Source: an uncultured Planctomycetia bacterium (GTDB lineage: Bacteria > Omnitrophota > Gorgyraeia > Duberdicusellales > 4484-171). From it: a stretch of DNA of 64,000 nucleotides. The notes under the pieces were generated by a model, which saw only the letters and a program-made list of their open reading frames with translations, was not told the DNA's origin and searched no databases. Below, piece by piece: positions 10,901 to 19,644 of the stretch (position 1 is its first letter; the number at the start of each line of letters is the position of its first letter). The stretch covers positions 146,276 through 210,275 of the forward strand of contig CAZAYU010000001.1 of the NCBI GenBank assembly GCA_964489445.1, written 5' to 3'. The translations under genes and the position numbers were made by a program.

Positions 10901-11102
10901 CTAATCGCTCGTTATCACCTTTCAGTTTATATACCTGTTGCTTAAGCTCTTTTATCTGCGTATTTAAAGAAGAAACTTTGACTTGAATAGCGCTATTATC
11001 TGCCTCACTAGAACGTAACTTATGTTTCCCAGAATGATCGCCCAAAGAATAAACCACTAAGCTAACCGAAACAGCAACTAAAAAATAAAGAAAAAATATC
11101 AT
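7938..11102 (-). CDS. fusA: Elongation factor G with ~360-aa N-terminal extension (TM helix + coiled coil + charged linker)
   Basis: Complete EF-G from about residue 361 ([55 protein letters not shown]); hydrophobic residues 1-20 then heptad-rich helix. Confidence 0.92.
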   Translation of the reverse strand: MIFFLYFLVAVSVSLVVYSLGDHSGKHKLRSSEADNSAIQVKVSSLNTQIKELKQQVYKLKGDNERLEKIELENNSLAEKVLILQKKEVDFTEKQRKNKQWLERQQQIINDNKVPVFQLQEKMMDKEKQLEEEFSKNVRLNKDLADTTKELEELNKTIDGLNSNIESFKESSKQQKEKISNYMKEVRDYQSKIKEIKEKEKESGWVSKDEYNLLSEQVEELKQELEVRNKELKSKEETFEALSKERMSLSHRVKEMEKKYFSESTPEAKETTTLEEKKLSNKELSIEKEQDKDNNNVTKEVSPRDLDTFLNHVETGNSQKIIPGLDKEFNKSIQNVSSLDTTAENNLDKQSLSQKGQKEDLPLRKSDLSQVRNIGIMAHIDAGKTTLTERILFYTGRSHKIGEVHDGKAQMDWMKQEQERGITITSAATTCFWQDHRINIIDTPGHVDFTVEVERSLRVLDGAVAVFCAVGGVEPQSETVWRQSDKYEVPKIAFINKMDRVGADFFGVVENIEKDLNANVIPLQIPIGSEDKFSGIIDLIQMKACIYDDDSMGKDFRTAEIPEEYQEVARKYRHIMLEKAVELEDSLMEKYLESEDSITIDELLSSIRKGTIANKIVPALCGSAFKNKGVQMLLDAVNKYLPAPSDLPPVEGTDPDDSEKKIFRKPLDEEPFSALAFKVQTDPHTGKLVYIRVYSGCLKAGTYILNAVKGKKERIGRILEMHANQRKNIEAVFTGDIAVAVGLNNTLTGDTLCDLSDSILLEQMEFSDPVVSISIKPESSSDQDKLSKALAKLSEEDPTFSARIDDETQETIISGMGELHLEIIADRLKSEFKIDASVGQPKVAYKETILSTLSEEYKHIKQTGGRGQYGHVVMEFSPNEQGKGFEFKNSITGGRIPKSYIPAVEKGLLEVIKKGIYAGYPVVDIKVDLTDGSYHNVDSSELAFKLAAQGCFRSVFMKCDPILLEPYMALEIITPEEYSSSIVGYICSRRGKILGMDTKNKQKIIKAEAPLSEMFGYTTNLRSLSSGRVNCSMRFEKYAQVPREIAEKIKAESG

Positions 11103-11232
11103 TGTTTAACGCTACTATACCTCACCAAAATAAACTCACCTAGTATTTTCACCTATAGATTTACTTTATCCTATGTTTTTTGTCCTTCTGACTTATACTC
11201 CAACCAGATACCCATACACAAGATAAATTCTT

Positions 11233-11261
11233 ATTATACTTTTTTGATGTTTAGTTGTCAA
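11233..11261 (-). promoter_or_regulatory. Consensus sigma70 promoter for the EF-G fusion gene
   Basis: TTGACA-17 bp-TATAAT, perfect consensus. Confidence 0.8.
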
Positions 11262-11340
11262 AAAATTAACACCTTTTAATTTTGCTTTTCAGGAAAAAAT
11301 GCTTGATGCTTATTTAAAAGATGATATAATTTTGTACATT

Positions 11341-11787
11341 ATGATTGAAGATAGAATTTATCAAGAGTACATTCAAGCTTTGAGATCAAAAAACAAACAA
11401 AAAAGCGTGTTTTTAAGTTTCATTCGTGCTGAACTTAAAAATAAAGCAATTGATTTAAAAAAAGATAGATTAGATGACACGGAAGCCTTAGTAGTTCTCA
11501 AAAAACAGCAAAAAAAACTTAACGATCAAAAAGAAAGCATTACAGCTTCAGGAAGAATTAACATGGTTGACGACATTGAAAAAGAAATATCCTCACTAGC
11601 AGAGTACCTTCCGAAACCTCTAGGAGAAGACCAACTGCTAAAAATAATTGAATCAAAAATAGCCGCGATAGACAGCCCTTCAATGAAAGACATGGGAAAA
11701 ATAATGACATCTGTACTTTCCGAAGTCGGATTACGCGCTGATTCTAGGATGGTTAGTTCTATCGTTAAAAATAGGCTTTCTTCTTAA
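11341..11787 (+). CDS. GatB/YqeY domain protein
   Basis: AELKNKAID...EYLPKPL...MKDMGKIM...ADSRMVSSIVK; likely start ATG 11341. Confidence 0.88.
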   Translation: MIEDRIYQEYIQALRSKNKQKSVFLSFIRAELKNKAIDLKKDRLDDTEALVVLKKQQKKLNDQKESITASGRINMVDDIEKEISSLAEYLPKPLGEDQLLKIIESKIAAIDSPSMKDMGKIMTSVLSEVGLRADSRMVSSIVKNRLSS

Positions 11788-11799
11788 AAAAAAGCCTAT
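11771..11799. terminator. Possible hairpin terminator between convergent genes
   Basis: ATAGGCTTT...AAAGCCTAT inverted repeat overlapping the yqeY stop. Confidence 0.4.
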
Positions 11800-11822
11800 C
11801 CCTTTTAAACCATCAATACTAC

Positions 11823-12089
11823 CTATATTAAGTCTTTAAAAATATCGCCGACAAGCTCTACCGCAGGGTGAGTGTCATTTTGCTTAGCTTTTTGAATTAA
11901 TTGTAGTAATTTTCCTGGCTGTTGAGCTACTTGCCGCATTCGTTCTAAGTTAAAGTCAATTTCGCCTTCAAAATACATTAATAAATCAACCATCAGCATA
12001 TCTATATCGTAATTATTTTTGTAGTCTTGTAGCGCTGATAATTTATCAGTTCTTTTTTCCCGTTTTTTTTCTATTCTCTGATCATCCAT
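11823..12089 (-). CDS. Hypothetical protein (88 aa)
   Basis: ORF on the dominant strand; no recognised motif. Confidence 0.6.
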   Translation of the reverse strand: MDDQRIEKKREKRTDKLSALQDYKNNYDIDMLMVDLLMYFEGEIDFNLERMRQVAQQPGKLLQLIQKAKQNDTHPAVELVGDIFKDLI

Positions 12090-12127
12090 ATCATATTTTT
12101 TTTAACAACAATGGTTAAGATTATTCA

Positions 12128-12364
12128 TCATTGAATACTGGCTATAGCATTTGTAATTAACGGTAAAACTGCTTCTGCTTCCTCTTTAGACATTCTTCCT
12201 AATTTAGTAAACCGAAAATTCCCTTGAGTATCCTTATTTTCCCTGGTAATTTGTACTTTTTTCGGTCCATTGTTATAAGAGTAAACACTTACACTTATTT
12301 TTGTATCTTCAAAGTCAACTGATTCGGAAAATAACTGATCATCCAAATTACTATCGTATGGCAT
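12128..12364 (-). CDS. Conserved small protein, possibly PC4/YdbC-like nucleic-acid-binding fold
   Basis: Strong SD AAGGAGG; beta-strand pattern followed by KLGRMSKEEA helix; fold is inference. Confidence 0.65.
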   Translation of the reverse strand: MPYDSNLDDQLFSESVDFEDTKISVSVYSYNNGPKKVQITRENKDTQGNFRFTKLGRMSKEEAEAVLPLITNAIASIQ

Positions 12365-12482
12365 TTATCCCTCCTTTACTGTCTTTTTTACAATTTCTTA
12401 TTTTTTCTAGCTGCACTCTACAGCTCTACTTCCACCCATATATTGCACTTTGCTTTTACCACACAAAACATTCTTGCGTTAT

Positions 12483-12511
12483 ATTTTACTATCCCTAATC
12501 TACGCTGTCAA
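12483..12511 (-). promoter_or_regulatory. Sigma70-type promoter
   Basis: TTGACA-17 bp-TAAAAT. Confidence 0.65.
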
Positions 12512-12549
12512 TAGCTGCTTATCTGGCTCTTTTTTGAAAAGATATTTGG

Positions 12550-13284
12550 TTAAATTAAATTAACCAATGCAATAAATGCACAGTAATAACCAAATTTACT
12601 AAAAGACTTATTAATTAAAGACTTTTTTAATATATATAAAGCAACAATCCCGGATAAAAACGCAAAAAGCGCACCGCCAATAACATTAGGCAGGGGTAAT
12701 TCTAAGGCCATTATTTCTCTCATTTTAAACAAAAAAGTTCCGATAATTACAGGAATCACCATAATAAAAGAAAATTTAAAAGCATCTTGTGGTTTAAACC
12801 CTCTTTGCAAGAAACCAACTATCGTAATTCCAGAACGTGAAATACCCGGAAAAACTGCCAATCCTTGCAAAATTCCAATGAAAATTGAGTCTTTTAAGGT
12901 AATATCTTGAAAGTTCCTCTTGCCAAAATTATTTTTTGCTTTTAAAAGCACTCCAGCATTAACTAGCAGAAAGAAAGAAACCCAATAGCGACTTTCAAAT
13001 ATCTGTTTAAAAAATCTATCAATAGTAAGCCCTATTACTCCAGTAATCAGAGTAATGATTAAAATGCTACCTAGTACTTTTTTATTAGTTAGACAACCCA
13101 AGAACTGTTTACGAAAAAAAACAATAATTGCTAAAAGAGTAGAAAAATGAAGCAACACAAAAAAAGGTAATAAATCGTTGCTTGAACCAAATAAACGTTT
13201 TAGTATGTAGAGATGTCCTGAACTTGATACAGGCAGGAATTCGGTCATTCCCTGAGTAAGACCGAAAAATAAACACTTTATCAA
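12550..13284 (-). CDS. uppP: Undecaprenyl-diphosphate phosphatase
   Basis: QGMTEFLPVSSSGH and PGISRSGIT BacA motifs. Confidence 0.95.
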   Translation of the reverse strand: MIKCLFFGLTQGMTEFLPVSSSGHLYILKRLFGSSNDLLPFFVLLHFSTLLAIIVFFRKQFLGCLTNKKVLGSILIITLITGVIGLTIDRFFKQIFESRYWVSFFLLVNAGVLLKAKNNFGKRNFQDITLKDSIFIGILQGLAVFPGISRSGITIVGFLQRGFKPQDAFKFSFIMVIPVIIGTFLFKMREIMALELPLPNVIGGALFAFLSGIVALYILKKSLINKSFSKFGYYCAFIALVNLI

Positions 13285-13287
13285 ACT

Positions 13288-14223
13288 TTACCCTCTCAAC
13301 AGGAGAAAAATAAAAACCGCTAAAATAGTTAACCCAACAGCTAAAACAATATAATCTAGAGAACCTTTCCTCTCCGGCTCACCATCAAGAGGCTCTTCTG
13401 AAACTGAAAAGTTATCCTCGAGATCTTCGGTAACCGAATTTAGGCTTTCTTTAACTAAATATTCATTTTCTTGTTTGCCAAGCGGCAAAGATTCTTCTAA
13501 GACTGGATCTGTCTTTTGATCGTCACTAGCGAGAACATCTTTAGATAAATCTGCAGTATTCGACAAATCTACTGTTTTCTCGTCAGTGTCATCGCTATTT
13601 TTTTTACTATCTAAATCCAATATTAATTCTTGATCTGCTTTGTCAGCCTTACCTAAATCAAGAGCTTCAGTTTCTGGAACAATGCCATCATTACTTAACT
13701 CTTGTCCGCCTACATCATTTAATTTGTCATCTTGTCCGGCACTTAGCCCTTCTTGCCTCTTTTCTTCGGTGAGATCAAGCTGTTTGTTTCCCGACATAGC
13801 TCTTTCATCATTTACTTTGTTTGATATTTTAGTGCCTTCTTCAGGAGGATTTTGGCCAGTATTAAGATTATCCTTGCCAATGGGGGCATCCATTAGATTC
13901 TCCACGCTTTCACCAGGAAAATATTCAACCTTTTCTTCTTCTGGCAAGGAATAAACGCCAGTATCTTCGCCTGCTTCAGAAGAAAGTGTTTTGTCTTTTG
14001 GAAAAACTTCTGGAGATTCTAACAGCTTATTTGTTTCTTCAGGTTTACCAGCATCTTGAAAAGAATCATCCGTAGGACTCAGAGGGTTATCCATAAGTTC
14101 ACCTAAAACTGCTCGACAATCATGGCAAACACACAAGTGTTCCTCTACTTGTTTAATTTCTTCTTCGCTGGCGGTATGTTGAAAATAACAGGGAATTATT
14201 TTTTTTATATCCTCACAATCCAT
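13288..14223 (-). CDS. zf-HC2 (zinc anti-sigma-like) domain protein with acidic disordered linker and C-terminal TM helix
   Basis: MDC...EEHLCVCHDCR (HxxxCxxC); D/E/S-rich middle; YIVLAVGLTILAVFIFLLLRG tail; SD GAGGAGG. Confidence 0.8.
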   Translation of the reverse strand: MDCEDIKKIIPCYFQHTASEEEIKQVEEHLCVCHDCRAVLGELMDNPLSPTDDSFQDAGKPEETNKLLESPEVFPKDKTLSSEAGEDTGVYSLPEEEKVEYFPGESVENLMDAPIGKDNLNTGQNPPEEGTKISNKVNDERAMSGNKQLDLTEEKRQEGLSAGQDDKLNDVGGQELSNDGIVPETEALDLGKADKADQELILDLDSKKNSDDTDEKTVDLSNTADLSKDVLASDDQKTDPVLEESLPLGKQENEYLVKESLNSVTEDLEDNFSVSEEPLDGEPERKGSLDYIVLAVGLTILAVFIFLLLRG

Positions 14224-14240
14224 AAGCCCTCCTCTACATT

Positions 14241-14268
14241 ATTTTATCAAAGTGAAGTATCATTGCAA
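14241..14268 (-). promoter_or_regulatory. Sigma70-type promoter
   Basis: TTGCAA-16 bp-TAAAAT. Confidence 0.5.
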
Positions 14269-14322
14269 GGAAATTTTTAAAAAAAATAGCAAATTAAAGT
14301 CTTACCTACGACTATTTATTGT

Positions 14323-16341
14323 TTAGAACTTTAACTTAATTCCAACATAATAATTTCTTTCTGGCGAAGGATAAAATCCACGCGTAGTTCCAGATATATT
14401 AGTCGCCGCATACTCACTATATATTTCATTAAATAAATTATTAATTCCTCCAAAAATTTCAAAATTATTTTTATGGTAGCTCAGCTTTACGTTTGTAGTG
14501 TTAAAACTGTTTAATTTTGAGTATATATTATTAAGGTCGTTAATTAAATAAACTTTACCTCGGTATTGATAATCGACAAATAACGACCAATCTTGGGTTA
14601 GATCATATTTTACAGAAGCAGTGAATAGCGCTTTAGGTACAAACGGAACTTGTTTCCCGCTGTAAGATCCTTTTCTAAATACAGCATCAATAAATCGATA
14701 ACCCATTTTGATTGTTAAACAATCTAACGGAACCAACTGAACATTTATGTTGGCCCCCTGTCTACGTGTATTATCATAATTTTTATTCTCCCAAGTTGTT
14801 GGATCATAATAAATCTCATCTCTAATGCACATTTGAAAATAGTCTAAAGACACCTCCATTATAGAATTAAGCTGAGAATTTATCCCTACAGTTACCGCTT
14901 TAGACCGTTGTGGCCGTAAAGATTCATTTATCGAAGCAACCGGCCAAGTAACAAGATACTCATCAGTTTTTCCGACTCTTAACCCACGTGAAAAGTTTAA
15001 ATACATATTAGTTTTTTCGAAAAATTTATAGTTTAGCCCCAACTCATATAAATCTTCTGTAAAACTCACACCGTCATCAGTACTAGAAGCACCTCGATAA
15101 TCAAATGTAAACTTTTCTTTCTGCAAGCGCCACCCCAACCGAGCAGAAAATTTCTCGGTTAAATGGATATCATCTTGTAGAAATAACGATACACTCCTTC
15201 GATCAATGTCTGTAGAAGATGAAGAATCATCTGCGGAAAGATCTGAAGTATACAATTCAAATCCGGTTATTAACTCATGTTCCCATGAGTACGAATTAAA
15301 GATAAATAATAACTGAGGCTTAACTTGAAAATTACTAATTCGCTTATCAGTACTCATACTGTAAGAAAGAAGCTCCTCAAGCTCATTTTTATTACGAAAG
15401 AAAACATCAACTGATCCAACTATTGACTCAGAAAACATATTTTTAATATTTAATCCTAACGTATTATCCTCTACGCGAGCATTATTTAATGGAGTAGTTG
15501 AATCTCTACGAGAATATCCCTGTTTTGATTCAGATTCAGTAATGTCATCCGGTAAACCATAAACATACTTATGATGCGTTAGGTCAGCACTTACAACTAA
15601 GTCTTCTGTTGGTTGAGAAGCAAAACTTGTAGTGACATATTTTGAACGATAATGACTATTTTGACGATAGCCACTCGTTGAATGATATTCACCAAAAATT
15701 CTAAACGATAGTAAATCTGTTCCTCCTGAGACTTCAACAGATTCCTTAGTTGAGCGATAACTACCTGCCTGAAAATTAATCTCTGAACCAACCTTCTTGG
15801 GCCTTATTTTCTTAGAAATTATATTAATCACTCCTCCGCTTGCATTATCCCCATACAAAACCACCCCGCCACCTTTAACAATCTCAATCCTATCAACATT
15901 TTCTAATGGTATTTGTGTCCAGTCAACACCACTCATATCAATATTATTTACTCTTCGTCCATTAACAAGAATTAGTATATTCGAGTTAGCATTATCTCCA
16001 AAGCCCATCATATCAACAACAGTTTTTATGCCATTTCCATAATAATCACTAATATTTAATTCAGGTACTGTCTTTAAAAAATTGATAACTGTAGAAGCTC
16101 CCGTATTCGATATTTGCAAGCTCGTATACACATTTGTTGAGTACGGAGCTAGCGAATTACTTTTTGCTTGAATTCCGGAATAAGGAGTGACGATAATTTT
16201 CTCAAGCTCAATCGCCTCATCTTTATTGCCTGATGGAACAATGTATTCTTGGCTTTCAGAATCAACCAGTATTTCTTCAGCTTGCACCATAAAACAATTA
16301 CAAAAAAACAATAACACTAAAAAAAATCCAAACCTTTTCAT
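14323..16341 (-). CDS. btuB: TonB-dependent receptor, probable cobalamin transporter (BtuB-like)
   Basis: Signal peptide, plug motif RIEIVKGGGVVLYGDNASGGVINIISK, C-terminal RNYYVGIKLKF; preceded by cobalamin riboswitch. Confidence 0.85.
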   Translation of the reverse strand: MKRFGFFLVLLFFCNCFMVQAEEILVDSESQEYIVPSGNKDEAIELEKIIVTPYSGIQAKSNSLAPYSTNVYTSLQISNTGASTVINFLKTVPELNISDYYGNGIKTVVDMMGFGDNANSNILILVNGRRVNNIDMSGVDWTQIPLENVDRIEIVKGGGVVLYGDNASGGVINIISKKIRPKKVGSEINFQAGSYRSTKESVEVSGGTDLLSFRIFGEYHSTSGYRQNSHYRSKYVTTSFASQPTEDLVVSADLTHHKYVYGLPDDITESESKQGYSRRDSTTPLNNARVEDNTLGLNIKNMFSESIVGSVDVFFRNKNELEELLSYSMSTDKRISNFQVKPQLLFIFNSYSWEHELITGFELYTSDLSADDSSSSTDIDRRSVSLFLQDDIHLTEKFSARLGWRLQKEKFTFDYRGASSTDDGVSFTEDLYELGLNYKFFEKTNMYLNFSRGLRVGKTDEYLVTWPVASINESLRPQRSKAVTVGINSQLNSIMEVSLDYFQMCIRDEIYYDPTTWENKNYDNTRRQGANINVQLVPLDCLTIKMGYRFIDAVFRKGSYSGKQVPFVPKALFTASVKYDLTQDWSLFVDYQYRGKVYLINDLNNIYSKLNSFNTTNVKLSYHKNNFEIFGGINNLFNEIYSEYAATNISGTTRGFYPSPERNYYVGIKLKF

Positions 16342-16371
16342 TGATATCCTCCTTATTTTACTAATAGTCCT

Positions 16372-16404
16372 TAAAAATAAAAAATCCCCGACTATACGTC
16401 GGGG
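16372..16404 (-). terminator. Intrinsic terminator in the riboswitch expression platform
   Basis: CCCCGAC-GTATA-GTCGGGG followed by an (A)U-rich tail upstream of the btuB SD. Confidence 0.75.
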
Positions 16405-16480
16405 TGCACCCTGATTTCTTGACCCGGAAAATTGACTAATAGATTCTCTATTCCACGAAAAACCTATTCTTCTCTATTTC

Positions 16481-16675
16481 TTGGCAGGTCTTCTGACTTA
16501 CCTTGCTCTTCGCCATCCTTCCCATCCAAATAATTTTAGACAGTGGATTTAAAACATTGGCGAAGAGTTCCTTTCTTGCGAAAGGCGAAGGCTTACAGCA
16601 CCGGGAGTGTCTTCGAATTTCCGTTTAAAACGAATCACGAAAGTTCCCTATTAAGCTTAAAACAGCACCAAAAAA
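16481..16675 (-). ncRNA. Cobalamin riboswitch
   Basis: GGTGC...TTAATAGGGAA...GCTGTAA...CCACTG...TGGGAAGG...AGTCAGAAGACCTGCC (B12 box) upstream of a TBDR. Confidence 0.93.
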
Positions 16676-16808
16676 CATTTATCTAGATGTGAAAGAACAA
16701 CCATAGATTACCGTAGTAAATCATGTTGTCAAGTATTTTTTGTAAAAATCATATTGACATGTTGCATGTAAAGATTAAGACAGGTCCAAAAAGAACAATA
16801 CTCAATTA

Positions 16809-17588
16809 CTAGTTCTTTACGGTTATCCAAGGTTTCAGCGAAGAAGGATTCTTACTTATCTGGACATCAGCTTTGTAGGCTTTTAGCATATTCTCTTGAG
16901 TCAACACTACTTCTGGAATGTCATTACCGAGGATGGTTCCGTTATTAAGAAGAATTATCCGGTTGCAATATTCGCTTGCTAAATTTAAATCATGCAACAC
17001 CATAACTACTGTTAAATTTACCTTAGCGTTTAACTCTTTTAATAAAGCCATTATTTGAGCTTGATATCCGATATCTAGATGTGCGGTTGGCTCATCCAAA
17101 AATAACAACGCTGGCTCTTGAGTTAACGCCTTGGCAATGATAACCCTTTGTCGTTCCCCCGCACTTAATTGATTAATTATTTTGTACTTTAGGTTCCCTG
17201 TTTTAGTCTGCGCTAGACTTTTCTCGGCAATAAGAAAATCTTGCTTTGTTTCTGCTTGCATCCTATTTAAGTACGGAATCCTACCCATTAATACTACTTC
17301 CCAAACAGAAAAGGGAAAATTAATTACTGTATCCTGCGAAACGAAAGCAATTTTTTTGCACAATTCTTTTAATTTAATTTTATAAATATTTTTACCTTCG
17401 AATAAAACATTACCACTAGTTGGATAAATCACGCGAGTAATCAATTTTAATAAGGTTGATTTTCCTGAACCATTCGGACCAATAATTCCCAAAAACTCAC
17501 CTTTGCCTACATCAAAGGAAACATTTCCTAACACATCATTTTTCTCATACCCTCCATTTAAATTTTCTACTTTTAGCAAAGTACTCAT
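16809..17588 (-). CDS. btuD: Cobalamin/iron-chelate ABC transporter ATPase
   Basis: GPNGSGKS, LSAGERQR, LDEPTAHLD, HDLNLA. Confidence 0.85.
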   Translation of the reverse strand: MSTLLKVENLNGGYEKNDVLGNVSFDVGKGEFLGIIGPNGSGKSTLLKLITRVIYPTSGNVLFEGKNIYKIKLKELCKKIAFVSQDTVINFPFSVWEVVLMGRIPYLNRMQAETKQDFLIAEKSLAQTKTGNLKYKIINQLSAGERQRVIIAKALTQEPALLFLDEPTAHLDIGYQAQIMALLKELNAKVNLTVVMVLHDLNLASEYCNRIILLNNGTILGNDIPEVVLTQENMLKAYKADVQISKNPSSLKPWITVKN

Positions 17589-18556
17589 GAACTAACTATT
17601 TTCTTTTGGTTTAGTTTTAACAGGACTATGAATAGTGGAGCACCAATCAACGAAGTTATTACTCCAATCGGAATTTCAATGGGTGCTAATAGACTTCGAG
17701 AAAGGGCATCAGAAATAACTAAAAATATAGCACCCCCTAAACAAGCTGTCGGAATAAGAATTCTATGGTTCGGGCCTACTATCAAACGCATCATATGAGG
17801 AACAATTAACCCGACAAAACCAATCATTCCAGTGACCGAAACTATGGCTCCGGTAACCAATGATGTTATTACAAACACAATTTTTTTTATACTTTCACTC
17901 TTGATACCTAAATGAACTGCCTCTTCTTCGCCGATACTTAAAGCATTTAAATCCTGTGCTATGCTGAACATAAAAATACTTCCAAAGCATACAACTACTC
18001 CTACTATAGCAAGAAGCTTTAAATCGTAAACTTGCAGGCTACCCAATAACCACCAGGCTATTGCATGCATTGCTTCATTGCGGGAAACTGACACTAAAAA
18101 TACAATTACCCCAGAAAATGTTACTCCCACCACAACCCCTGATAAAATAAGTGATTCTACAGGAATTTTTCCGTTGCTTCTTGATAAATAATACACTAAA
18201 ATAATGCTTACCAATGCTCCGCTAAATGCGGAAAAAGGAAGAAACACAGCACTAACACCAAAAACAATCGCAAGTATCGCCCCTAATCCAGCTCCACTTG
18301 AAGTTCCCAAAAGGTATGGGTCAGCTAAGGGATTTTTTAAGGTTGCCTGAAGAACCGTTCCACAAACACTCAAGCCGGCCCCAACTAATATTGCTAAACT
18401 AACACGCATAAGTCGTAAATAAACAATTTGCCGGTATTTTTCTGATAATAGATCGAAAAAAGAAATTTTTACCGCTCCTTTGGTGATCGCAAAGAAAATA
18501 GCACCCAATAAAATCAAAAACAATAACACAATAATTCTTTTACCTGCACTATTCAT
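17585..18556 (-). CDS. btuC: Cobalamin/iron-chelate ABC transporter permease (FecCD/BtuC)
   Basis: NPLADPYLLG, GEEEAVHLG, GFVGLIVPH, EIPIG. Confidence 0.85.
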   Translation of the reverse strand: MNSAGKRIIVLLFLILLGAIFFAITKGAVKISFFDLLSEKYRQIVYLRLMRVSLAILVGAGLSVCGTVLQATLKNPLADPYLLGTSSGAGLGAILAIVFGVSAVFLPFSAFSGALVSIILVYYLSRSNGKIPVESLILSGVVVGVTFSGVIVFLVSVSRNEAMHAIAWWLLGSLQVYDLKLLAIVGVVVCFGSIFMFSIAQDLNALSIGEEEAVHLGIKSESIKKIVFVITSLVTGAIVSVTGMIGFVGLIVPHMMRLIVGPNHRILIPTACLGGAIFLVISDALSRSLLAPIEIPIGVITSLIGAPLFIVLLKLNQKKIVSS

Positions 18557-19446
18557 TATTGATACAACCTACTATGAATTTCTTCTAAACCACTAACTAA
18601 TCTAGGACCAGGACGTAAAAATAAATCCGGATCAATATCACTGTATAGACGGTTATTTTTTAAGGCCTTGATCTCTTTCCACCCGATTCGCCTCTTAATC
18701 GAATCTAGAAATCGTTTGTCACCTTGACGGCTAAAAATAATACATTCCGGATCACAATAAATCACTCGCTCAGCACTAAAATAGCTATATTCACCAGAAA
18801 CATCTCCCGCTATATTCACGCCTCCAGCAAATTCTACTAGCTGGTTAATAAATGATTCTTTAGCTGCAGTCATTAAAGGGTCATTCCAAATTTCAATGAA
18901 TACCTTGGGTCTGTCTTTAATAGAGATAAGACTTACCTTCTTTTTTACTTGCTCTAATCTTTCTTTCATCGATACTATTAATGTTTCTGCTTCTTTATCT
19001 CGGTCTAAAACTGTTCCGATTTCTTTAATTGAATCAAATAACTCTTGCATATTAGAAGGATCGCTAATACACACTTTAAACCCTAACTGCTTTAATTTTG
19101 TAACCGTAAATTCCTGCTCTAGCCCTGTAGCAAAAATTATATCCGGATTTAGTAAGATAATCTTTTCAATATTCGGTTGGCTAAACGTCCCAATCTTCTC
19201 CTTATCTCTCGCAGAATGGGGATAATCGCAAAAAGTAGTTACACCCACCACCTGTTTCCCAGCGCCCAAACTAAATATTATTTCCGTAACCGCCGGAGCA
19301 AGAGAAATAATTCTTTGTTTTTGAGCTTGGGTAACAGCTAAGCAATTTCCACTAAAAACAGCTAATACACATATGCCTACTATAAATATAGACCAGCATT
19401 TCGCTGCCACACTAATCCACCAACAACGATTAATCTTACCTTTCAT
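18556..19446 (-). CDS. btuF: Cobalamin-binding periplasmic protein
   Basis: RIISLAPAVTEI, GVTTFCDYP, RPGPR. Confidence 0.85.
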   Translation of the reverse strand: MKGKINRCWWISVAAKCWSIFIVGICVLAVFSGNCLAVTQAQKQRIISLAPAVTEIIFSLGAGKQVVGVTTFCDYPHSARDKEKIGTFSQPNIEKIILLNPDIIFATGLEQEFTVTKLKQLGFKVCISDPSNMQELFDSIKEIGTVLDRDKEAETLIVSMKERLEQVKKKVSLISIKDRPKVFIEIWNDPLMTAAKESFINQLVEFAGGVNIAGDVSGEYSYFSAERVIYCDPECIIFSRQGDKRFLDSIKRRIGWKEIKALKNNRLYSDIDPDLFLRPGPRLVSGLEEIHSRLYQ

Positions 19447-19477
19447 TATGCCTGCTCTTTGCTTTTTCGCTAAAACA

Positions 19478-19550
19478 TGCCCCCACCCCGACTCGAACGG
19501 GAATCCCAGCCTTAGGAGGGCCGTGCTCTATCCATTTGAGCTATGGGGGC
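19478..19550 (-). tRNA. tRNA-Arg (anticodon CCU); CCA not encoded
   Basis: Acceptor GCCCCCA/TGGGGGC, D arm TAGCTCAAATGGATAGAGC, anticodon loop CTCCTAA, T loop GTTCGAGT. Confidence 0.95.
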
Positions 19551-19644
19551 AAGAATTTTACAAGATAGAATTCACTCTTAAGCTGTAAGTTTTAAGAATT
19601 AAACCTTGTTTTCCTAATCTTCCAATTGGCAACTTATAACTTTT

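Noticed and set aside
19478-19550. tRNA-Arg as integration site of a B12 island
   Set aside because: No integrase and no duplicated tRNA 3' end found by eye
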